Of a stretch of DNA of 64,000 nucleotides, positions 36,701 to 49,216 are shown in pieces. The notes beneath the pieces were generated by a model, which ran no database searches, was not told where the DNA came from, and was given only the letters and a program-made list of their open reading frames with translations. The DNA lies in NCBI RefSeq assembly GCF_031769215.1, contig NW_026782212.1, forward strand, positions 806,001-870,000, read 5' to 3'. Within the stretch, counting starts at the first letter, position 1, and each line of letters opens with the position of its first letter. The stretch comes from Ylistrum balloti. Taxonomy: Eukaryota. A program made the translations under genes and the position numbers.

Positions 36701-38305
36701 GGCCTGCCTTGTAATACGTAAAATCACAAAATCGAATAATCATGAAGACAAACTTGACTTTCAACAATTAACCAACGATGAGGATGACGAACCCGAACAA
36801 TACAACGTCTGCCATTTATTCACATCTTTGACTATTTTACCCGATGTGCGATAATATGGACAAATTGGTAAATGTATAAAACAGATTTTTTCACATCGTT
36901 ATCCTTTCTGTAGAAATTTGATTCATTCTAGAGCAGTGCTTTTTAGAAAAAACAAATTACCGTTATCAGTACTATGAAATATGCATATTTCCGAAATTTG
37001 TAAAAACACTTTTTTTGATAATTTATATCAGAAATTTATATAAAACAATTTGTGATGCTCTCTGTGTCTACCATTGCCTTATTTATTTCAGGATGGTTAT
37101 ATACATAACATACTTCGGATTCTCCGTAAATACAGCAAATCTTAGTCTCTCTGGCCTTGTCGAGTTCCCTGGAAACGCTGTTGCGTTTGTGTTGTTGGAC
37201 AAGATTGGTCTTACAAAGCTCTTCATGTTAGGGATGTTTTTTGATGGATTCTGTTTGCTTATGTCGGGAGTAACTGAAATAGCATGGCCCATTGGCATTT
37301 ATCAATAAAGTAATTTGTTTAAATTAATTGTGTAAAAGTAACACAAAACTGTAAGTTCAGTAAATACGTTTTACATGCTAGTATCTGTCTATCCTCCTCA
37401 AGTGTACGTATCCGGATTTGAAAATTGTTTAAAAAGTTGATGCAAACGGGTATCCTCACAAGTGCCGATAATATACAATGATATAGAGAAACAAAAAACA
37501 ATGCCTTCCAAAGTCTTTGTTTGATAATGCCGTACTAAAAACAAAGAACATTTAAGAATTAATCGCCCCTTGTGTACCGCATTCTAAAGTTTCTGTCGAT
37601 TAATTTCAGTTTTCCTAAATCGCTTCCTCGGGTTCAAACTTTAGGCGCTTACCATCAATTACGAGGGACGGCTGTATGATGCAGTATAATGTATTGCAGG
37701 TTTTACTTTATCTAACCCTAAATTTGTATTGAAAGGTGTTATTCAGTGTCTATTTTACAGTCTTTAAAATGCGTTGCACCTCATGAGGGCTGTCATTTAA
37801 AACATAAGAATACATTATGGAGGTGAATACCGTGACAGTAAATGTACTGTCATGTTTCGTTTTCACTTTATACTCTTACCATTCCGTATCACCTGGTCTT
37901 TTATGATTTTTATCTTTTGTTCATATTTTGCCCAAGTTTTATCGGATTTGTGTATGAATCCCGTTAATAAATCGGCTTTTTCTTTTATCAAATGATTTAG
38001 TAACGACCTTCATATGTAAGCGAAGTAAATGCATGTGCTGTTTGCAGACTTCGAAAAATTCGAATAAGTTTTCTGATATAATTTGATATGGAACTGGTGT
38101 CGACTTTATAGTGATTACACACTTGTAAAGTGTACCAACACATTATACTGACAATGAGCACAACCACTGTTCACAACATCAAGGACCACAAACTGCCGAT
38201 ATTCCTGTTTGCTGCATTGGCTTTAAGGGGATCTTTTTTCGCTGTTATGTTACCGAAGACGACGATGGAACCCCTCCCAGAGACACTGCATTCTATAAAG
38301 GAGAG
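33724..38305 (+). pseudogene. SLC22 paralog pseudogene, divergently oriented to the intact gene
   Basis: Exon relics with splice sites in the same phases as the intact gene: 34747-34906 (ALELVGPSKRCWAG...GIAYGFRDWKYI...VYWW, two frameshifts and a stop); 36650-36867 ([13 protein letters not shown]...1-nt frameshift...IIWTNW); 37092-about 37309 (YFGFSVNTANL, lacking the GGNYFLNFF equivalent, [10 protein letters not shown]); 38184-38305 (KLPIFLF...MLPKTTMEPLPETL). Weaker 5' relic at 33724-about 34055 (MQFDDIF...ISLPEDGVVGLHRCER). I found no equivalents of exons 3, 4 or 8. Confidence 0.85.
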
Positions 38306-39049
38306 GTAATGCCAGGCTTTTATTTGGATAAGATAAACAAATCTGAACTCAAATGCCTGGCATAAAAACACAATCACACCTTTCTACACAATAGACTGCA
38401 TTCATAATTATAGGAACACTCGACAATATTGTCTTTTAATTCTGGCAATATTCATTCCTACATATTCTTCTCACGAAGAAACAATATGCTGAAAAATCAG
38501 ATTGGTTACACGTATAAAATGTAGGAAAAAAACATTTCTTTAAAATGTGTCAAAAGAATTGTTTGTTGTCTGGTCTTGGTGAACGAAGGGAAATGATGAT
38601 TGTTTTCAGATAAATGTGTATCATGATATCACAGACGTATCATTATTGATTGTTTTATCTTTTCATCATGAATGGCAACATTCGAACAATTTATTTTTCG
38701 ATATTATCGTTCTGGTAAATAATATTATTGGATTCTAACGCCTAGTAAGGAAATCTTTTGCTGTATTTTATTTAAATAACCTTCTTCCTTGACCAACAAG
38801 GTACATCAACGTTCACACGTAGACCATTTATTGGTTAGAAACTTTTTTACATTGCAGGTATGAGTCACCTAATGATATGGATACGAAGAGTAACGAGTGT
38901 ACACCTGTAATGGAGCATGCGCTGTTATCTAACTAGAACATATGTCGTATGACTGACTATTGCGATTCAGAATGCTACTTTTGAAAAAACAGCAAGAAAA
39001 TATGAAACATGTCAAATTCAATGAAAGAAAGATCTGCACCGAGACTACA

Positions 39050-39100
39050 GAGAAAGTACAAGAATAAGACCAGGTGTTCTGGAAGAGTAAGCGTCTTCTA
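39050..39100 (-). repeat. Isolated copy of the Penelope-like 3' tail motif
   Basis: gtacaagaataagaccaggtgttctggaagagtaagcgtcttct is near-identical to 8900-8945. Confidence 0.7.
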
Positions 39101-39919
39101 CTAGATTAACATAATCTTTATTCGAACCTAGATTCGATGAATAAAAATATCATAACGATTTCGTTCCAGTGATAGTACTGTCGTCTGACAGTCTGTTTAC
39201 ATGTAGTAGCTTGCTTGCAAAACTGGAATTCGAATCACAATGACAGTAAATATTCATTCCCAAGGTTTTAAACGTGCTTTTACGTGTTTTTAGTAAGGAT
39301 AATTGAATTCATAGATATAGAACGATGTGAAATCGATGATTAATTTACCTTCTAGTTTTGTGTTTTATTGGCCTCTGTCAGTTCTCTAAGAGGCCTCTCA
39401 AAATGCATTAAAACATTTCAGCTGCTTGTGAGAAATGTTAAATTGATGGACATAGAAAATAAAAGTAAATGCCCCTTACATGCTATTTTGTATAATTGAA
39501 GAACATATGTGTGATGAACAATGAATAACAGATACCTGCTGACTTCTATAAAAATGAACATGGCTTAAAATAGATAACCCTAATGTCCCGGTAAACAGTC
39601 AGGTGGTTATGAGCGAAAGTAGGATGATTGCTGATCATGTTTGTGAACATCTTTGTGTCTTTTACAATGACCTTTTCAATGTCTTGCCTGTACACTGTAT
39701 TCAAAGCCTGTTAATCCTGTTGATAAAATTAAAAATTAATTAAATATGTGCCTATTTATCGGACTTTTTGTTGCTATTAGAATTAATATAGACTTACATT
39801 AAAGAATTCTCAAAAAAGGATTTTGAGGAAAAATGTGATATCCATCCTGACTAATGAAGTATCCAAAGTGGCAGCGCGCACGTTACAATACAAACAAAAG
39901 AAAGGTTTTAACAAGTCCC

Positions 39920-40350
39920 CAGAAATAGTACAAGGAGGATAAGACCAGGTGTTCTGCAATAGTATGCATTTTGTGCTTCATCAACATATCCCGTTATACA
40001 AATTTAGTCGATCCAAGAAAGTAATGTCACGTCCCCGAATAGGGACAAGGTTAACAACAACACTAGACATGTAAATGAGCACCAAAGACTCACGACTTCA
40101 TTTTGCATAAGGAATCAGAATATTCCCCAAGAAATCAGTATGACGACAGCAAATTTTCCCGTAATCAATCTGTATAGCTCAAACCCGTACAGAGAGAGTT
40201 TATCTCTCAGTTGTTGACATTTTTCACAACAATCATGATATTAAAAACAGGTCCTTGATAATGACACAGGTATGGAAGCAAAACTGTTGATGTCCAGAAA
40301 TGGAAAATTCATTATAGCGAAATTGAAAGACACTGTTACGCTTATTATAC
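39920..40350 (-). mobile_element. Penelope-like retroelement relic (short RT C-terminus plus tail)
   Basis: FNFAIMNFPFLDINSFASIP is the same RT segment as in the other two relics. Tail motif near 39943-39979. Confidence 0.65.
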
Positions 40351-43300
40351 AGCTTGGTGGAAAACCGGGCCTGTTGGTTTCTTTGTAAGAAAATAGGTAA
40401 GTGGCTGTTGTAAAAAGGAAATCTTTCTTGTCTTCTTTCCATGTACGGTATGTATAATTGACAAATATGTTCAACACAGCCCTTTCAATTTCAATAAAGT
40501 TAACGACAAGACATTGATATATCGATAACTGCAACATCAGTATATACTTGGCAAGAGAGTTACCTGTTCTGCTGGTTTTTTTTTTTTTTTTTTTTTTCGA
40601 CACATTGGTCTCGAAACCGTAAGGTCATGCCATCCCGAATTTTAACTTTGTCTTTGGTGCAACAAAAACGTTCACAATCACAAACGGATTTACTGCATAC
40701 CATTTTTAAAACAAACATCCATTTTGGACATTTTGGATCTGGTCATTGTAGTGTAGCCGTTTTTGCAATGGAGCTGTACTTCAGCATTGAACAAACGTTC
40801 TCTAGCATTATAAAATTGGAGTTTGCATTATCAAAACAGGTGAATTGTTGCAGCTCTTTACCTACAAATCTAAGCAAAATATATATTAGGAAATTTCACC
40901 AAGACTGAGCATGCAGCAAACCTATCTTGTATTAAAAAAGTTTATATTGGTCTCTGATCCCATGAAGCATGTGGGTTCACCTAACCTTTGAGAAAGGCTT
41001 TACATTTGTGTTTTAAAATGGCAATTACCACTCTCTGCTTAACGCTCAGCATTCTGGTAATGTAACGATCGGTTTCTTCTTTATCAGTATAATCTTTATC
41101 TTTTTACGTCTTTTACTTGGAATAAATAAGATGCCAGTTCGTGTTTCAGTGAATGTGTAATCGGTATGCACTATGCATCCATTTGTCCACCGTATGGAAA
41201 GTTTCAACAGAATCTTTGTTAAGCAGAAATTCTCTCCTAAATGATTTTCGCTTAATACCAGGTTTGCAAACCACATATCTTAGAAGATGCTGTATAAGAC
41301 TTAATTGTATTGTTGACGAAATTCTAAATCAGTTGTTGAATCGGGAAAATATGTTATTATAGCTTTTTTATAGACCTAGCGTTTAAGATCGTTGATGGAC
41401 AATTTCAATGTTGCCTCTTGTGGTTATACTTCTACAACAAATAGTATAACAAATGCACGATTGACTTACCTCCCTTTGACTATAAATCTGGTACAGCTAA
41501 GATGTGGTTACCAATGCAGGCTTGTTTATGTTTATCTTATCTTCCTTTCACAGGAATAAAATACACTTTAAAATCCCTGAGTTAGAGTACTTTGTACTTA
41601 GATTGCAGGGAGTTTTTATCCATCCATAGCTTACTTAGTATGATACCATGCATTCATATAAATTCTGGAAAAACCAATTCTGAACCGAGTTTTAAGTCAG
41701 ACAAAGACGCTGGTTATACTTCCGGTTGTAACTAGAAGCCATTCTGATCAAACGAAAAACAAGACCGAGGTAAGAAGAATTAATTATGTCAGATGATTTG
41801 AGACATGTTAGGCACATCGTACACACACTGTGTTACGCATGTCACATTAAATACATTGCTTGCTTTGAAGATACTATCTTTCGATTGTACAATAGGTAAT
41901 AGATATGTAAATCAATGTAATATTCATACAATAATCAATATCTCGCTTCAGCCATTGTATTACGTAAGTCCGTCCTAATAAATCAATATCTCGAAATGTA
42001 CAACACTGATTCTACTTATCTCTATAAACATTTTACACGTATGCTATAATTGTCAATAATAACTTTTCATAGACTTTTGAAATGTATTATTTATAAAAGC
42101 TGCCATATAGCGGAGCGCTTTAAATCTTCAGGTCAGTGACTAATTTGATGGGCTAAACTACCAAAAAACGACACCACATAACCACACACAGAATTAAATA
42201 CTATATTATACTCCTAACCAACTACTATTTATAGAACAGATTATTACCACCAACCGTTTTATGGCACTTCTTAATTACAACTTACGTGCTATTTATTACT
42301 GTAAATATAAGAATGACACCTTGAGGTCCTACACTATGCGTGTAGTCACAGATGTGTGTTAAGATACAGTGTATGTTTACGGTACATAGTATAAGGATGG
42401 GTATTGTAATGTAAAATGTACGTTTATATCTATTGATTACGTAAAGTTAATGCATTTTTTAAATGTGTCAAGGACTCCGATATTCCAGGTATTCTTGACG
42501 TTTCTTGGAATATAGAACAAGATCATGTTGATCAATATTTCCGTGAGTAGAATCAGAGAAAGAAATAAAACCCAGAGGAATACCAAGTTGACTGGCCTAT
42601 CATTAAAGGAATAAGTTTCCACCTTCCATGTAAGTATTCTTGGTTCTGGAAAATCGTCATAAATATTTGTGACCTCCATCATCCTGGACATAATAAAAAT
42701 AATATCTAATCTTCGTAATTGAAAAATAAAATACGTAAACTCTTGTAAGTAAAGCTAGGGTTTTCGACAAAGGATTCCTACGTTACATATGACAAGCCTT
42801 ACAGCAGATGAAGATATATGTATTTCATTATTAATTTCACACATAGAAATATTTATAAAGCACATGTCTCTAGAATATTTAATTGATAAACAAAACAGTC
42901 CTTGTGTTCTGATCTCTTAGAATGCTCTAACCCTATATTTTACAGCAAGAGGGTGAGGGGGAGTCTAGAAATTAAATGCTGCAAGGTATCTCTTTAAATA
43001 AGGGGCTGTTAGCTAGTGTACATAAAACATGGCAGACACGAACAATCGTCCAAGTTCTGAATTTAAATGCTTTTGTGCACGACAGCTGTAACGTCGATTA
43101 TGTCCTTCATTGAACAAACATTGATCGGTGGTAATCATTGCAACATGTTGCATGATATGACTAACTAAGAACAATATACTGTGTGACATCACGATTGAAC
43201 AATTCTATCTAACAATTTGTATGTATTTTTATTTCCGTCTCATTGTGTTCTGTGGGTATATCATAACGTGTCCTGTGTCATGTCAACATTAGCTTTCAAA

Positions 43301-43739
43301 AAATCAAATCAGCTTTTTAAAAATGTGTAGTAATTACATGGTAAATATTCAGGTGCAAAATGAAAGCTTCTATTTCAATTTAAGTTGAGGGTTATCAGGA
43401 TATGTCCGAAACATTGGGGGGAGGCTTCAGTTATACAGGGTACTATTCTAAGTCACAAACTGGACGTCAGTAGTTAGTTGAATGGCCGTGCTATGGTTTA
43501 TTATGGTTTTCATGTGTGCGTCTGCCGTTAAGTGAAAGTTCTTTCTTGAGATAAATTCACACTGACAACGTCTTCATGAAAGTTCCATATTCCGTCCTAG
43601 TTTCGATTTCGGTTTCTTAAGAAAATGGGTTTAACTTAATGGTTATTGGGATATGCAGATTTAAGTTGATTTATTTCCGTACTGTACGAGTAGATTAGAT
43701 GTTTAAAGTTACAAGTGTTTACTAACTTACATTACTTAC

Positions 43740-44191
43740 GACATGTGTAACAGAAGTGAGATTGTAATTTTCTTGTCGACTACGATATCGCAGCATGCAT
43801 GATATGTATATTCCTTCTTTCTTATTCCCCGATGCCCATTGTTTTGTGCCTGGTTGTTTCTATCAATGACTAACTTAAATTGATGCATAAGACGCGTACC
43901 CTGTCGGAGCATCTGGATTTTATTCTCCTTGTACATCTCTATGGATCTCCAGATAGAGTCTTCTTGTCCATACTTTTACCTTCGTGTGTATTGGTTTCAT
44001 TTCAGCTCCTGTTATCATATTAATAGTTTCTTGTTTTCTTTTTCCACGTAGTACGGATGATATAAGATAGTCATGGATATCAAGTTGATACAATGTATAT
44101 GATGCAAACATAGAATTAAGATTGTTTTGTATATTGGCCATGTGACCAGAACTATCCTTTTGTTGATCTGCGTCCTCGAAACAGCCGTTCT
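43740..44191 (-). pseudogene. Possible disrupted exon of an unidentified gene
   Basis: Bounded by ttttcag and gtaagt. Two overlapping ORFs (98 aa and 66 aa) are joined by an apparent frameshift near 43925. No family recognised. Confidence 0.25.
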
Positions 44192-46941
44192 CTGAAAAGT
44201 CAAATTCATAAGACATGACAATAATGAAACATCCCCAACTAGTATAAAATATATCATCGTGACCAACTATGTGATCCCGGTATATATAAATTCACTCACC
44301 AGACATGAATGATTAACATTATACCTTCAGTGTTACAGAAATATACATGGTTGCTTTCTACTCAACTCAGTCTACTTTACAGTACCCGTAATTAAAACAA
44401 TTCAACATCATGAAAACCAGTGTAGTTTATGTTGAATTCTGTAAGAAAATTCTAAATTAAACGTCGTTTTCAAAAGTAATGTTAAGCTATTTCCATTTTG
44501 TTGTTACTGTAAAGTAGGCAAGCGTATTATTTACTTTGATGTTAAAATCTATTTTTAAAATTCCCTTCATTAGTCTCGCAGCTGTTTCATGATATTGATA
44601 ACTGCGTATAATTGCTTCTGGTCAGGAAAATACTTGGAATTTGAAATATATTAATGTACGAGAAATGTCGGTATTTAAATAAGTGGAGGAGAGTAGAGTT
44701 TGTTGTATACTACTCTTTATGTAGTCGGTAATTATAGGAGTAATCAGCATATATAAAATCAAACTGTAAATCATAAAATGTTGACTTAAATAGGCAATGA
44801 AATGACTTTTATATATTTTCAATGTTCATTCTACTCACCAAATTTAACTTCCTGGTTTGGTTCATAGTTATTAATTAATGTCTAATCAGGGTAATCAAAT
44901 ACGGACGCTATCAGATTATATTTTACTGAGTTTAAACATGCAAGATCTAATGTCGATAGGATGATTTGAACTAGTACACATGGCGGAAATTGAAACTTAA
45001 AGGTAACTTGGGATTGTCCTAATCTGGATACAAACAGAGTAGTGTCAAACAAGTATACTAGTAGGCAGACCTGTTTCAAAATCGCAGGTTTAACTAAAAC
45101 TTGACATGGTCAAAACGAAAACATAATTAATGTATTAGTTATATCAGATTTATTCCAAGACAAAATAGTGTGTACAATTCCAGCTGATACAAACTGTTCT
45201 AACAAAATCATATGCACATATATTCAAAGATTTCACATTGTTCACAAAGTGACAATTTTATAACTTCAACGAAAAAGACATACTATTACCAGTTTTCATG
45301 GTGAGCACACTAATGCCTGTAGTTGGTAATTATACATTTTTTTTCTAAACAGTTTTATTGTATTAAAGATGATGGAGCTCTTTCTGGTGTTAATTAAAAT
45401 ATATCTCGGTTAATTGAGCGTTTAGCACACGTTTATTTCCATAAGCCAATGCATGGGTAGTAAAAGCGATATTTTCCATCTCAAAGATTATCAGCCTCAT
45501 ATATGCAAACACTTATACATTCCAGAAAGTCATTTTTCTTCGAGTATAAAACTCTGATATAAAGATTAATCCTTTTTTCTCGGATCTATGTAAATGAGCT
45601 CATTTTAATCCTCTTTGATTTGTGTTGTTTTTTGTAACAGTTCTTATTTTCTTTCAATAGAGAAGTAAGTCCCTTATACCATATTTTGGCCATATCCTGG
45701 TTTGTTGTTTCGTTAAAATGTTGTTTTTTTTTCAAAAGATAAAACATCACTTAATCACTATTCTTACCATTCAAATTTGTTTGTTAAAAAATGTGGACCA
45801 GGGAAATGTAATGTCCTGCTTCACTGTCGGGAAGCACATTTACAGAAGTGTAAAAAAACAAAATAAAAGCATGCTTTGTGCACTTCACCATATCAGTTTA
45901 GGTGTAACTCACACTTCCGTGTATGCTGTTACCTTTGGCCCGCCTTTTACCTGAAACATAGACCTCCTCTGTATTAACATAGACAACATTTTGTCTCATA
46001 CAGTAAGTCTTGAATCCATTGTGTAATTTACCATTGCTCTCCTTTTGAAACTTCTACGACGACTTTACCTCTGTACGTTCAACCAGATCAATTTTATTCA
46101 TAAGTGTTTCCCCTTGCCTTTGAACCCTACAGTATAATGATATGGGAGAGGGCTTGGAAAATAGCGGTAAAAGCCTTGCATTTCACTAACTTGGAGGGTT
46201 TTGTACCTTCATTATGGGTAATGGGGGAAATCGATTAATCAAATATAGCACTTCTGATGGCTATTTCCAAAACTTATTACTGGAAATGGATAGGGATGCA
46301 CAGTTGTAGCTTGATATGCTCACGGTATGTGTGACTAGTTTAAGACAATATCCAAATTTCAGTTTTAGTATTAGCATGTTATCAAGATTAAATCACAAAG
46401 CTGTGGGTCATCCACTGTTCTTTTGTATTTTATCTTATCGTTGATAGGAACTTTACCTGTACCTGTATCTACCTGTAAAGCTTTATATGTGACTATTTAA
46501 TTAGACAGACACATGTATAATATGAGGTAAGATTCATCTCGAATAAAACAAGCGAAGGTAACAGTATGACTGATGATACAAGCTTTGTTATATGTGATGG
46601 AAACAAGCCTCAAGCAATACAATATGTTTGAAATGGAGACCGGTTAGAGCTGAACTCTGTTCTCCCTCACACGTTATAGTTTGAGACGTAGAACGTAAAC
46701 CGTAGCATCATTTTATATTACTATAGAACATATTTATTTCATATAAACCAGGTATGTAACCTTTGCCTAAGACAAGTGGCTTTCCTTTAGAAACTCTTCT
46801 TTCAGCTCTACGCAAGTGCAATTCATCTATGTCAGCTATATTCACCATATACAGTAATAAAACTGATTTTCTTCATGGTTATAACATATCCTTTTCATTC
46901 TTTAATACGAATTTAATTCTGTTTCAGACAATGTATACACG

Positions 46942-48330
46942 ATGGCGTTCGACTTCATCAACAATCTTGAGCCACGTTTGATCATTGACTTTCTGTACGA
47001 ACAGGAAGTGATAACACTAGATGAGCTAAGCACACTTAATGATACAGACCTAAAACAAATAGACAGGCGATGGCAGTTACTCGATAGCGTAGCAGCACGG
47101 GGACAGAAAGCATTTTGTATATTTAAACAAGCAATTGAAAATACACCGGAACTGTCTGAGTTATCAAATGAACTCAAAATCGTTGATTTTACAACGTTTA
47201 AACAATCCCTTCAGAGTAAACCAGGAGTGTCTCGATTAACAAGCACGACAAAAATATCGAGGAAACGGCGAAGAGCATGTGAAAATGAAAACAGAAAATC
47301 ACGAGACAGTGAACAATATAAAAGAGCTAGAAAAGATACAAAGCAACTTGTTGAGGCCACACGTGTTCCTCGACCGGTGTCATCGGAGCGAAAACATATT
47401 AAGCATGTTGAGAAAACATTTGACATTCTTGCTGACATGTACAACAATGGACAAAGTAACGAATTTGCAATAGAATGTATCAAATTACAAGCAGAAAGAC
47501 CTAACTGTAATGATACATTGTTCACAGTGGCGTACATGCAAGTCTTGTTTGCCCAACGAAAGTTAGATTATGTTTCGGAAAAGACATACCTTGTTGTCGC
47601 AAAGAACCTTATGCCAAAAACCAAAGATCCTCTGTATTCCCAATTGCTAGTATTATCTCCGCAAACAAGAAAATATCTATTGCAGAAGAAGTTTGCTAAA
47701 CTGCAAAATATAATCGATGACAGAAAAATGATTGTTCAGTCCGATCCCTTGCATTGCACCGGAAGAGGTGCAGCATGGGTTTACTACAACGAAGGGAGAA
47801 GTAACGCGTTACAGCTAGATATGATCAGTGACAAAAGTGAAGGCGAAGCAAAAGCTGTAGATGTAATGCGAGAACGCACTCTGGAAAGCTACAATAGATC
47901 CTTACAACATTTCAATGAGGAGAAAGGCCAAGACAGGATATACGGGGCAGCCTATGTAAAGTTCCAGTTAGTGGTTCTATTACTAAGATGTGGTTGTAAT
48001 GGACTAGGCATGGGCCGCAAAACAAAAGTTCCAAAGAAAGACGAGAAAATTGCTGACTTTATCATGAAAGAATATGAAGAATCGAATTCAATAACTTGTC
48101 CTATTCTTACCATGTACTTCAGCATTGCGAATTGCGATCGCATGTTTAGGAAAAATCTCTTGAAAGAAGCATTAAGAAATGCTGAAACAGCACTCATCCT
48201 CGCTAAAGAGAATATGACTGAGTATATACAGCCCATACAAAATCGCGTTGACTATCTCCGACGCAATACGGCTCAGTTTACAAAGCCGTTAATTTTAGAA
48301 GCAGACTCGTCGACAGATTTACCTTATTAG
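46942..48330 (+). CDS. Uncharacterised 462-aa protein: CARD-like death fold (about aa 1-75), basic NLS-like linker, alpha-helical TPR-like C-terminal domain
   Basis: 1389-nt ORF with no repeat content in AT-rich DNA. The N-terminus fits the CARD pattern (LEPRLIIDFLYEQEVITLDE...DRRWQLLDSVAARGQKAFCIFKQAIE). A strong acceptor (tttaattctgtttcag, ending 46927) lies 14 nt upstream with the frame open (NVYT), so the true N-terminus may be on an upstream exon. Confidence 0.88.
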   Translation: MAFDFINNLEPRLIIDFLYEQEVITLDELSTLNDTDLKQIDRRWQLLDSVAARGQKAFCIFKQAIENTPELSELSNELKIVDFTTFKQSLQSKPGVSRLTSTTKISRKRRRACENENRKSRDSEQYKRARKDTKQLVEATRVPRPVSSERKHIKHVEKTFDILADMYNNGQSNEFAIECIKLQAERPNCNDTLFTVAYMQVLFAQRKLDYVSEKTYLVVAKNLMPKTKDPLYSQLLVLSPQTRKYLLQKKFAKLQNIIDDRKMIVQSDPLHCTGRGAAWVYYNEGRSNALQLDMISDKSEGEAKAVDVMRERTLESYNRSLQHFNEEKGQDRIYGAAYVKFQLVVLLLRCGCNGLGMGRKTKVPKKDEKIADFIMKEYEESNSITCPILTMYFSIANCDRMFRKNLLKEALRNAETALILAKENMTEYIQPIQNRVDYLRRNTAQFTKPLILEADSSTDLPY

Positions 48331-48462
48331 TCTGCGGTGACTCCTAAACTGAGTTACATCAATAATCTGCTGCATTAGGCTGCTGTGTAAGACATTAAGT
48401 AACTTCAATAGCCTGCTGTGACAGAGTAACAAATTAAGTAACTTCAATAGGCTGCTATGACA

Positions 48463-49060
48463 GAGTTACTTAGTCAGACTACTGTGACAGACTCATCTGC
48501 TGAGTTACTTAGTAAGACTACTGTGACAGACTCATCTGCTGAGTTACTTAGTCAGACTACTGTGACAGACTCATCTGCTGAGTTACTTAGACTACTGTGA
48601 CAGACTCATCTACTGAGTTACTTAGTCAGACTCCTGTGATAGACTCATCTGCTGAGTTACATGGTCAGACCACTGTGACAAACTCATCTGCTGAGTTACT
48701 TTGCCAGACTCCTGTGATAGACTCATCTGCTGAGTTACATGGTCAGACCACTGTGACAAACTCATCTGCTGAGTTACTTTGCCAGACTACTGTGACAGAC
48801 TCATCGGCTGAGTTACATAGTCAGACTCCTGTGATAGACTCATCTGCTGAGTTACATGGTCAGACCACTGTGACAAACTCATCTGCTGAGTTACTTTGCC
48901 AGACTACTGTGACAGACTCATCTGCTGAGTTACTTTGTCAGACTACTGTGACAGACTCATCTGCTGATTTACTTAGTCAGACTACTGTGACAGACTCATC
49001 TGCTGAGTTACCTAGTCAGACTACTGTGACAGAAAGCTCTGCATGTGACAAACTCCTCAG
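48463..49060. repeat. 39-bp minisatellite, subfamily A (ttacttagtcagactactgtgacagactcatctgctgag)
   Basis: Direct reading. Alternating variants (catggtc...cactgtgacaaac / ctttgcc...ctcctgtgatagac) give a higher-order pattern. Confidence 0.95.
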
Positions 49061-49216
49061 CTGAATTACCCTATAAATCAATTATGACAGACACTGTAAC
49101 CGAGTTACCTAGACTACCATGATGATTCATTTGCTGATTTACCTGTGACAGATACCTCTACAATGTTCGTGAAAGATTACTCAGTTTATCTGTCTTTTAC
49201 AGTTGTTTCATTGTAG

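Noticed and set aside
46902-48236. Minus-strand ORFs 46902-47177, 47211-47537 and 47952-48236
   Set aside because: They are antisense shadows of the long plus-strand CARD ORF.
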